Positions 46,053 through 53,903 of a DNA stretch of 64,000 nucleotides are shown in pieces. The stretch spans positions 1,446-65,445 of the forward strand of contig JASHOJ010000187.1 in NCBI GenBank assembly GCA_030041155.1. Direction: 5' to 3'. The position numbers were made by a program, and so were the translations under genes. The notes under the pieces were generated by a model. It was not told where the DNA came from and searched no databases. It worked only from the letters and a program-made list of their open reading frames with translations. This stretch comes from Candidatus Binataceae bacterium (GTDB lineage Bacteria > Desulfobacterota > Binatia > Binatales > Binataceae). How positions within the stretch are numbered: position 1 is the first letter of the stretch; each line of letters begins with the position of its first letter.

Positions 46053-47126
46053 ATGACAGACCTGCAGATGCCGACGCTCAATTTCATGCCGTGGTGTCGG
46101 CTCGATCGAGAATATCGCGTGGGAGCGGTTGCGCTCATCCCGTATTCGCGCGAACATCCGCCGGTTGATCTCGATCCCGACCATACCCGCGCCGTTAACA
46201 CGATCCTCGCCGACTTCATTTACGTTAACGGGCGTCCGATCGATCGGTGCACACTCATAACCCTCGAAAACCGCTTGTTAATAGAGGGTTGGGACAACCC
46301 CAACGCATTCGAGACAACATACGGCCACGCGCAGATGGCGTGTCTCTCGTCACTCGAGGGCCGCGACTATTTTGGTAGCGCGGAACCGTACAGCAACGCG
46401 GAATGCTTCGCGCTCTATTCACGGCAATACCGTGAAGGGAGGGCCGTCGCGGCGCCGATTTTCAGGCGGGATAGTACTCCGTTGGGGCTCGCCGGACCTG
46501 CCCTGCGGGTTCACATACCTGCGCAGGCAATAGCCGTTCCGAAGCTCCCATTCAATGAGCCGCTCTATCGCGCGCTCACGGCGCTGCGTCGTCGATGGCT
46601 CGACGCGGGGCGGACGGGCGACTGGGCGATCTGGGCCGAGTCTATCTATTCCTTCAATCTAGCGAATACCGACCAGGAGAGTTTCGGCAGGGACTTGGAG
46701 TGGGTGCTCATGTGTTCGGCCATGCAGCGCCTTTTGGGAGCCCGCTCTTCAGCGGCGGATACAGCTAGCAAACTCGCAGCCGCCTTAACATCCGACGGCT
46801 CGCTCGGTCCGTCAGCATCAGAGACTGTCCAGGACTGGGCGAAAGAGTTTTACCGCCTGCGCAACGACTTTGCGCATGGGAAATTGCGGACGCGGCAGCC
46901 GCGCATGTGGCACCAACCCTATCACCTGCTACTCGCCGCCATCGTCTTTCCTCTGCTCGTCAAAAAGCTTCTGGAACGGGAGGCATTCTACCAATCGACC
47001 GAAACCGATCGGGTGGAGGTCGCGGCGTTCGTGCGTTTCGCCGCCGATCTCCGCGACACCGGCTCTCCGCGCAAGAGTTGGCACCGCTATGTGCGCGAGG
47101 AGCAGGAGCAGGCGCGGGTCCCATAG
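46053..47126 (+). CDS. HEPN-motif protein (putative RNase / abortive-infection effector)
   Basis: 'EFYRLRNDFAHGKL' is the R-x4-H HEPN motif (46860-46877). The N-terminal ~250 aa are unassigned. Confidence 0.5.
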   Translation: MTDLQMPTLNFMPWCRLDREYRVGAVALIPYSREHPPVDLDPDHTRAVNTILADFIYVNGRPIDRCTLITLENRLLIEGWDNPNAFETTYGHAQMACLSSLEGRDYFGSAEPYSNAECFALYSRQYREGRAVAAPIFRRDSTPLGLAGPALRVHIPAQAIAVPKLPFNEPLYRALTALRRRWLDAGRTGDWAIWAESIYSFNLANTDQESFGRDLEWVLMCSAMQRLLGARSSAADTASKLAAALTSDGSLGPSASETVQDWAKEFYRLRNDFAHGKLRTRQPRMWHQPYHLLLAAIVFPLLVKKLLEREAFYQSTETDRVEVAAFVRFAADLRDTGSPRKSWHRYVREEQEQARVP

Positions 47127-47646
47127 GTCGAGCCGTGGCGCTACTGCCAGGCCATCGGCCGCACAGGCGAGACGCGTGTCGGTCGTCTAACCGCGCTCGT
47201 TCATATGCGGTACTTCTTTATATCGACCGTGTTTGGAATTGCCGCCTCTGCTGTCGCCGTCGCCGTTACGACGATCGAGATGTATCCGCCCGCGCTGGCG
47301 CGCGCCGTTTTTTGATTACGGTGGGTCGTCCTGAAAGGGTGAAATCCGGTCAATTCCGAGGAAGAAATGCCATCAGAGTTTGATCGCGAAGGCGGTCGGC
47401 TCGTTCTTCCTAGAGCGTGAGACATTTGTGAGAAACGCGGCTTCAAGCGAGAAATCGACGTGGCCGATTCTGTGCCACCGCCGTGCCCACAATTTGGGCC
47501 GTTTCACCGTTTCATGTCGACATTTCTGGCGTCTTTCGCGCTCGACAGCCTCAATTGACAACCTTGAGCAACGAGTGGGATACAGCAAAGGGTAGGGGTC
47601 ACAATAGGGCGCGGCGTAAAGTCCACAAAGGAGGAGGGCAATAGAA

Positions 47647-48753
47647 TTGCCGATCTCGGAAGAAATCATCGGAGAGGCGACTGCTCGCTATGAGCGGGAG
47701 CGTGACCGCTATCTCAAACTCGCCGCCCGGGTTGCTGACATTTGTCGGTCTGAAATCGTGGAGGCGAACGCAATACGCGCTCAAGTCACCTGGCGCGCGA
47801 AGAGTGCAAAAAGTTTTGCAGACAAGCTCAGACGTTTTTCAAAAAGGCCCGAAAAGAAATGCGAGACCGTCGACAAAGTTTTCGTTATGGTTAGCGACTT
47901 GGCTGGTGTTCGCATCGCGACCTACCAGCCAGAGACGGAATCGCGCGTCACACAGGAGATTCAAAAGCGCTTTCGAGGGACAGATGGACTTGATGTTAAG
48001 CCGGAAAAAAAAGACAAGGTTGCACAAGGCGGATTTTATCGTGCGACGCACTGTCAGGTGGTGCTTCCAGATGACGACCTGGTGGGGACCTATGAAAACC
48101 TAAAGGCCACGAGTTGTGAAATCCAAGTCTGCTCCATGATGGCGCATGTCTGGAATGAAATTGAGCACGACATCGGCTACAAACCCGAGGGAACGGGCCC
48201 TCAAGAGAAAGAGCACGGCCTTCTTCAAGCACTTGGCCACCTGACTCGTTCGGGCGATGAGATCATCACACGGCTGCTGGAAGCCAATACGGAACGTCTA
48301 CAAGAGCAGCAGGGCGAATTTGAAGATGTGTTTGAGTTTGTCGCCAGGCTCAAACCGCACTTCCCAGATACTGACTTCACTCTATACTCCGGACAGCTCT
48401 TCGATGAGGCGCAGGCGCTTGGATTGTCCTCTTTCGAGAAGTTGAAGGCGGCGCTGGGAGGAGATGCGAACTTCACTCCGGAAGTCGCCAGGAAGAAGCT
48501 GGCAGAATTCAACGACTATCTGACGAAGCGCCAGGAACCAGAGTGGCTTCTCAACGAAGAATCATCAGATGTCGTGCTGATTTTGCTTCTCGAGAAGTTT
48601 GCAAAGCAGATAGAAGAGAACCACCCGGCCGGCCGCGGCATGGGTCGTCCTCCAAGAATCAGAAGCATTGCGACGCGGTACCGACAGTACCGCAACGATC
48701 TCGAGCAAATCACTGTGGCTTCTGACGGAGTCGCCGAGCCTCACCCCGGATGA
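47647..48753 (+). CDS. RelA/SpoT-domain protein, fused toxSAS-antitoxin (CapRel-like) candidate
   Basis: TTG start after an AAGGAGGAGGG RBS. 'DLAGVRIATY', 'GFYRATHCQVVLP', 'EIQVCSMMAHVWNEIEHDIGYK' are synthetase-domain motifs of small alarmone synthetases. 368 aa with a ~190 aa C-terminal extension. Confidence 0.6.
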   Translation: MPISEEIIGEATARYERERDRYLKLAARVADICRSEIVEANAIRAQVTWRAKSAKSFADKLRRFSKRPEKKCETVDKVFVMVSDLAGVRIATYQPETESRVTQEIQKRFRGTDGLDVKPEKKDKVAQGGFYRATHCQVVLPDDDLVGTYENLKATSCEIQVCSMMAHVWNEIEHDIGYKPEGTGPQEKEHGLLQALGHLTRSGDEIITRLLEANTERLQEQQGEFEDVFEFVARLKPHFPDTDFTLYSGQLFDEAQALGLSSFEKLKAALGGDANFTPEVARKKLAEFNDYLTKRQEPEWLLNEESSDVVLILLLEKFAKQIEENHPAGRGMGRPPRIRSIATRYRQYRNDLEQITVASDGVAEPHPG

Positions 48754-49002
48754 TTGGCCAGCAAGAGGCCAGCTGTTTAGGAGGCGACTCTCGAGGCGGC
48801 AATAGTGTCCGATCCGATTCCGGCTGGCCGTGCTAAAAGGGCAGCGGGATCCGAACGGACACGACTGAAATTGAGTTCAATGCGCCGGTATTTGAGAATC
48901 GAACTGTCGTAGTCTGGCTACGATTCGACGAAAGAAACCAAACGAATCAAGCGAGAGGACTGCCTCGGAACGCCTCTCAGCGATTCTAATTCCGCGCGGA
49001 TC

Positions 49003-49046
49003 GCTGTGCCCGATTTTGTGCCCTGCTGTGCCCAAAATTGTGCCCT
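49003..49046 (+). repeat. Two tandem 22-bp direct repeats (4 x TGTGCCC at 12/10/12-bp spacing)
   Basis: GCTGTGCCCGATTTTGTGCCCT / GCTGTGCCCAAAATTGTGCCCT, read directly from the sequence, ~150 bp inside the tRNA fragment. Confidence 0.5.
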
Positions 49047-49196
49047 TACTGTTTACCGCTGCCGATCACTCGATGGCGCTCGGTGGGATCTATGAAAGCG
49101 TCTGAAGTCCCTCTCCGCCAAAGGTTTTGGTGACCTCAAGTGTCAAGAAAGGATACCGGTTACTCCCGACGCTTCGGAACCTGAATAGAATTCGTA

Positions 49197-49235
49197 ATCA
49201 GCAGGTCGTCGGTTCGAATCCGACGGGTGGCTCCA
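49197..49235 (+). other. 3' tRNA fragment (variable region + T-arm + acceptor 3' strand + CCA); putative attR of the ICE
   Basis: T-stem GTCGG, loop TTCGAAT, stem CCGAC, then GGGTGGC T CCA. No complementary 5' acceptor strand (GCCACCC) or anticodon arm lies upstream, so it is not a full tRNA. Confidence 0.5.
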
Positions 49236-49299
49236 AAAAACCCAATAAAATCATGCACTTTTGACGGCGATCGGCTAGCTGAATTGACAATAAGCATTT

Positions 49300-49320
49300 T
49301 GTGTCACCACTGTGTCACCA
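49300..49320 (+). repeat. Tandem duplication TGTGTCACCA(C)TGTGTCACCA just outside the tRNA fragment
   Basis: Read directly from the sequence. Confidence 0.4.
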
Positions 49321-49450
49321 TCCGGTGTGTGAGTCCCCGTCTTCAGCTAAGGGAGGGAGCGCGCAGGCGATTCAAGGCTGCCAGGCAATCAGAATAGAGT
49401 GCCTGCACATCCCCGTCGGGCAGCATTCGGAACCAGAAGTGCGATAAGAA

Positions 49451-50494
49451 GTGCTCAATCGGCGCGGGCCAACAAGACCGGGCGAAAAGAGCCCCAGCTA
49501 CTGGGGACCTCCGGCTCCCCGGTGCTACAATTGGTTTGATGTGGATTTACTAAAGAATGCCATCAGCTCCATAAAAGTCGGGGTCGAAGATTCCCAATCG
49601 ACTGAACACGAGCGTTTACTCTCGGCAGTTCGCAACATCTACGCCGGCATCCTCCTTCTTTACAAAGAGAAGTTGCGCCGACTCTCGCCTCCAAACAGCG
49701 ACGAGGCCTTACTCAAAGCGATAATCCTTCCCAGGCTGGACGCCGACGGCAAGGTAATCTTCATGGGCCGAGGAAGGAAGACGGTTGACGTGCAGCAGAT
49801 GAAGGAGCGTTTCGCTTCGCTCGGAATCGCAACCGACTGGGGCCGGTTCGACCGCATCAGCGGAGTCCGGAACGATCTCGAACATTACTATGCGAACGTC
49901 AGCGAGGCTCAACTAAGGGGACTGATCTCTGATGCATTTGTCCTGGTACGCGACTTCGTGGTCAGCCAGCTAGACGAGGATCCGAGAGCGCTCCTAGGCG
50001 AAGACGCTTGGCAGGAGATGCTCGCCGTTTCTGAAGTTTTCGAGAAAGAGCGCAGAGAGTGTCAAGAATTGCTGGAGTCGATCGAGTGGGCGTCCGATGC
50101 TCTATGTCGTGGAGTGCTAAGCTTAGCATGCGAGAATTGTGGCTCTCCCCTGCTTCGAGCTGGCCCCGCAGCAGCGGCCCAGCAGGATGAGGTCGGGTTG
50201 GAGTGTCGTGCCTGCGGAGAGCGCGAAGAACGAGAATCTTTTGTGCCGCGGGCCATCGCCTCAGCTTTGGAAAATGAACTGTACCTGTCGCACTCGGACG
50301 GTAACGAGACGCCTTACGTCGCGTGCCCCGAATGCTCCGTTGAAGCGTATGTTATCGAAGAAGGCCGCTGCGCGCTCTGCGGGCATGAGGCCGACCATTC
50401 ATGCTCGAGTTGCGGTGGTAACATTCCACCCGAGGAGTTGGACTCCTCTCCGCTTTGCGGCTGGTGCGCACACATGATGTCGAAGGACGATTAG
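49451..50494 (+). CDS. Hypothetical protein with HEPN-like R-x4-H motif and C-terminal zinc ribbons
   Basis: GTG start. 'RISGVRNDLEHYY' (49868-49885). C-terminal CENCG...CRACG...CPECS...CALCG...CSSCGG...CGWC clusters. Confidence 0.4.
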   Translation: MLNRRGPTRPGEKSPSYWGPPAPRCYNWFDVDLLKNAISSIKVGVEDSQSTEHERLLSAVRNIYAGILLLYKEKLRRLSPPNSDEALLKAIILPRLDADGKVIFMGRGRKTVDVQQMKERFASLGIATDWGRFDRISGVRNDLEHYYANVSEAQLRGLISDAFVLVRDFVVSQLDEDPRALLGEDAWQEMLAVSEVFEKERRECQELLESIEWASDALCRGVLSLACENCGSPLLRAGPAAAAQQDEVGLECRACGEREERESFVPRAIASALENELYLSHSDGNETPYVACPECSVEAYVIEEGRCALCGHEADHSCSSCGGNIPPEELDSSPLCGWCAHMMSKDD

Positions 50495-50688
50495 TTGTAC
50501 TCCGAGTCATCGCGCAACACCCCACCTCCGACGATTCAGCCCTAACACAACAATCGCTGTTCGTTGATTCAAATCCGTCATTGCGACGTGGTTTCCCTCA
50601 ACAGTGGCGCGAGAATTGCTGATGCTCAGAACTCAGCGAGCACGAATTTCACAACACGTGCTCGATAGTTCAGCAGCGAGGCGTCGGC

Positions 50689-50830
50689 ATGGAAGGCAGC
50701 GTCTACCTCAAAGCGCGGCAGGAATGGGACGAGCGTTACGCTGATCTGGTTCTCGGCAAACGCAACTGGCAGATCGCCGCCGGCTGCTCGCTCGTTATCA
50801 GTCTCATGCTCGAGGCGGCATCTGGGCGGC
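50689..50830 (+). pseudogene. trbF/virB8 5' fragment (remnant of another conjugative element)
   Basis: 'YLKARQEWDERYADLVLGKRNWQIAAGCSLVISLMLEAA' matches the TrbF N-terminus and TM helix, then degenerates. It abuts the end of a convergent gene. Confidence 0.4.
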
Positions 50831-50836
50831 AATCTC

Positions 50837-51964
50837 TCAGTCGGGTTTTCGCGCCGGACTTTCGGCTGAATCCTCGTCTACATCGTCAAAGCCGGGCGGA
50901 AGTGCGGACTCGCGCTCCCGATCTTGTGCAGACCGCCGATTTCTCAGACGTTCGATAAGGCCGCGCCTCATTGAAGTCAGTTCCGCAGGCAGATTGTTCA
51001 CAGCCTCATCCTCGAAGCTTAGGTTCAGGTAATCCAACGCCAGGCTGGCCACTGCCTCGCCTTGACGGAAATCGCGCTTTCGTTTCATCGGGTCGCGCGT
51101 CGGATGCGTCGAAAGCCAGAGTTTGTGCAGGGCAAAAACACGCGGGTCCGGGACGACGAATCGTACCGGGTAACCATTTTCCGCGATTACAACTTGCGTC
51201 GTTCGTGGCGCGTCGGCTATCCAGTCCAACCCCTGCAAGGGTTCCGGTACGAGGTCTTCATTGCTGCCGAGACTCATAGCTGGCCGATTCTCTGAGAGCG
51301 GCGCACGGATGAGGTCGACCATGAAGCCCTTGTTGTTCACGGCGCGGAAAGAACGTTGGCGCGCGGGGCGAAAGGTCTTATCGACCTTTTGAATCAACCC
51401 CAGCAGTCCGGAACTTCGAACGTCACCAGCGATCTCAAGCTCCGATTTTGTGTGTAGGAGCGTATCGAGGTCGTTCGTTTGAAGAAGGCCGGCCTTAAGC
51501 TGAACGCCGGCAGCCATCTCGTAGGCATAAATGGCGTGGCTGCCGAGGACGATCAGGTGTGTGCCCAAGACGCCCTTGGAGTCGAGCAGTCTTACGATAT
51601 CGGCGGCGATCCTCGGAACGCGATTGACCCCAGCCGCGACGCAGAACTTGGATCGCGCAGCGATCTCGCCTTCGAGGGCTTTGATCTGCTCTCTAAGTTC
51701 GTTCTTCCTTGCGGTGAACCGCTGAAGGACTTCCTCCGTTTTCGCCGAGCGCGGGCCCAGCGACTGTTGGTGCCCCTCGCGGTCGAGCGTCTTTACCAGA
51801 TACTCTTTGGAGCCAACCCGCTTCCAATGGAGGCCACCCCTGAATTTCGCGTACTCTTGTTGGAGATCAGTGAAGTGTTGATAGAGCTGGACAGCATCGA
51901 CCGCTACCCTCCGCTGCTCCGCAGTTAATTCCTTGAATTTCAGGAGTTTTCCTCTCCAAATCAA
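50837..51964 (-). CDS. Nucleotidyltransferase-fold protein (AbiEii/GSU2403-like, putative)
   Basis: 'LIVLGSHAIYAYE...LLQTNDLDTLL' fits the GS...DxD minimal nucleotidyltransferase pattern. Family placement is tentative. Confidence 0.35.
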   Translation of the reverse strand: MIWRGKLLKFKELTAEQRRVAVDAVQLYQHFTDLQQEYAKFRGGLHWKRVGSKEYLVKTLDREGHQQSLGPRSAKTEEVLQRFTARKNELREQIKALEGEIAARSKFCVAAGVNRVPRIAADIVRLLDSKGVLGTHLIVLGSHAIYAYEMAAGVQLKAGLLQTNDLDTLLHTKSELEIAGDVRSSGLLGLIQKVDKTFRPARQRSFRAVNNKGFMVDLIRAPLSENRPAMSLGSNEDLVPEPLQGLDWIADAPRTTQVVIAENGYPVRFVVPDPRVFALHKLWLSTHPTRDPMKRKRDFRQGEAVASLALDYLNLSFEDEAVNNLPAELTSMRRGLIERLRNRRSAQDRERESALPPGFDDVDEDSAESPARKPD

Positions 51965-52097
51965 AAATACCTACGACTGAAAGGAAAATCAAGCTGCGGA
52001 GCGGTATATTATGCATCTGCGGGACCCGTTGAGTGGCTGTTTCCTTTAAAAAGTACGTGGTTAATGATTTGAAAGGAAGGGCCACCCATTTTGAGTC

Positions 52098-53192
52098 CTA
52101 CGCGGCGCGGTTGAGGACCATGTAGTGCAGGCCCTTGGAAATCGGCGCAAGCCCGCTGGCAATCAGCGACCAGGTTTCGCCGCCGTCGTCGGTCGCGAAC
52201 ACCTCGCCCGAGGTCGTGCCGGCAAACACCGAGAATGAATCGTCCCACTCCTCGAGAGTCATCGCCTCGACCGCGGATCGCCACTGCTCGGGAGCGGGCA
52301 GACCTCCACTCAGAATTTTCCAGGTCCGGCCATGGTCGCGGCTGAGACCGATTCGCGATCCGGCAAACGCCGTTTGCATCCAGGTAAACGGATTTCCGCG
52401 AGCGCCCGATGCGACCAGCACCTCCGGGTTGCTCGGCAAATACGTAAGCTGATCCGGATAGCCGCCGATCGGCGATTTCGTGTCGCTGTAGCGAGTCCAG
52501 CTCTTACCTCGATCGTCGCTGACGCACAGACCCGTGCCGCCCATCATGTAGAGGCGCGCCGGTGACTTCGGATGGATCACCAACCGGTGCACATCGAAGT
52601 CGAAATCTCCCTCGAAGCCGGAAATCTCGCGCCAGCTTTCACCACCGTCGGTGCTGCGAAGAAGGTCTCCCTGCTCGATGCTGGCATAGATGGTTGCGGG
52701 ATCGTCGGGCGCGACCGTAATCACTTTGACGTGCGCCTGATGCGGCGGTCCCGGGAAAGTCCATCGCGCCACGCCTGCGCCGGATCGGAGCGATGGGCTC
52801 TCGCGCCACGTCTCGCCGAGGTCGTCGCTCAAGTAGAAGTGCGCGGGTTCGGTCCCCGCAAACAACCTGAGTTTGCCGTTCAATGACGTAGCGCCGAGGC
52901 TGTAAACGTCGTTGTGCGCGATTCCGGCATCGCGATGCTCCCAGGTTTTGCCGTCGTCCCGGCTCATCATGACGCCGCCGTGATAAATCGCCGCCAGCAT
53001 CAGGCCCGCCTGCGGCATGATCATCGAGCTGATATGCGCGCCCTTAAGTGTTTGCTCGCCAACTCGCCATCCGTGAAGCTCTTTTGTGCGTTCAAGCCTC
53101 ACTACTCCGTCGGCCGTGCCGACCAGGAGCTCGCGCGAAGGCCGATCAGACGCATAAACCGAGGTACCGCTGTGGGTCAGGGTAATTGCCAT
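52098..53192 (-). CDS. BNR/Asp-box repeat protein (sialidase/Ycf48-like beta-propeller)
   Basis: Six S-x-D-x-G-x-T/S-W repeats (SRDDGKTW, SDDLGETW, STDGGESW, SDDRGKSW, SRDHGRTW, TDDGGETW). Confidence 0.7.
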   Translation of the reverse strand: MAITLTHSGTSVYASDRPSRELLVGTADGVVRLERTKELHGWRVGEQTLKGAHISSMIMPQAGLMLAAIYHGGVMMSRDDGKTWEHRDAGIAHNDVYSLGATSLNGKLRLFAGTEPAHFYLSDDLGETWRESPSLRSGAGVARWTFPGPPHQAHVKVITVAPDDPATIYASIEQGDLLRSTDGGESWREISGFEGDFDFDVHRLVIHPKSPARLYMMGGTGLCVSDDRGKSWTRYSDTKSPIGGYPDQLTYLPSNPEVLVASGARGNPFTWMQTAFAGSRIGLSRDHGRTWKILSGGLPAPEQWRSAVEAMTLEEWDDSFSVFAGTTSGEVFATDDGGETWSLIASGLAPISKGLHYMVLNRAA

Positions 53193-53467
53193 GATCGTTC
53201 TCCTTGAGAAGGGCGCTGGACAGCACGATTGTGCGTCCGCCTCTGCCGAAACGCAAAGGCGATAGAACCAGCCGCTCAGGTCTCGGGGAGCGACTCCGAC
53301 AGCCGCCCCGCAATACTCGGCGCATTCAGCGTCGCCTGCTCCGTGAAAACCTTAACCATCCTTGATGAATTTCCGTTAATCGTCGCGCCGCGGCCCGGCT
53401 TCCCATATGGATCGCTGCTGCTTGGTGAAACGAACCCGGCTCGGATTCCGTCTGAGGATTAGGAGGT

Positions 53468-53683
53468 TTGGTCATGAAAATAATGATCTCGGCAATCGCA
53501 GCGTTCTTCATGCTGTTCATGATGATCATGCCAATAAGCGCTTCCGCTGATTCGACCGTCACACCCCAGAATCCGCCTGCTGCTTACGGGCAGATTTACC
53601 AAACGGCTTACTGGGGACATCACTACGGCGGCGCCTGCCGCAACCCGCGCTTCCGCCATCATCATCGGTGGCTCTGCTGGTAG
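53468..53683 (+). CDS. Small secreted His/Cys-rich peptide (hypothetical)
   Basis: Signal peptide 'MKIMISAIAAFFMLFMMIMPISASA', then 'AYWGHHYGGACRNPRFRHHHRWLCW'. A terminator-like hairpin lies downstream. Confidence 0.3.
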   Translation: MVMKIMISAIAAFFMLFMMIMPISASADSTVTPQNPPAAYGQIYQTAYWGHHYGGACRNPRFRHHHRWLCW

Positions 53684-53742
53684 AAACCCGAAGGTGAACG
53701 CGCTGTAATTCGACTGACGCAAATCGAAAAGGCTAATCGAAG

Positions 53743-53778
53743 GGGTGGAAGCGTTAATTGCTGCCACCCTTTTCTGTT
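53743..53778 (+). terminator. Putative rho-independent terminator
   Basis: GGGTGG, a 15-nt loop, CCACCC, then TTTTCTGTTT. Confidence 0.35.
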
Positions 53779-53903
53779 TATTGCGGTTGAGACTCCGGCA
53801 AGTGTTGTGCGAGGTGCTTGAGCCAGCCCCTCGTCGAGTTTCGTCTGGATAGCGCTACGGATGGATCGCGCTACGAAGCCCCGTTTGTTATAGCTTCTCG
53901 GCA

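Larger units (their letters stand above)
1..49235. mobile_element. Integrative and conjugative element (P-type T4SS, Tn4371/IncP-like backbone) with ~27-kb defence cargo; left end beyond window
   Basis: int-xis-ssb module, full tra/trb set, ImmA/XRE, ardC, and a 3' tRNA fragment at the right end consistent with a tRNA-gene integration site. Confidence 0.55.

Noticed and set aside
46030-46053. TTGACA hexamer immediately before the HEPN gene ATG
   Set aside because: Too close to the start codon (about 12 nt) to serve as a -35 element.
49141-49240. Possible complete tRNA gene
   Set aside because: Only the T-arm, acceptor 3' strand and CCA are present. There is no complementary 5' acceptor strand or anticodon arm upstream, so it is a fragment (att-type repeat), not a functional tRNA.
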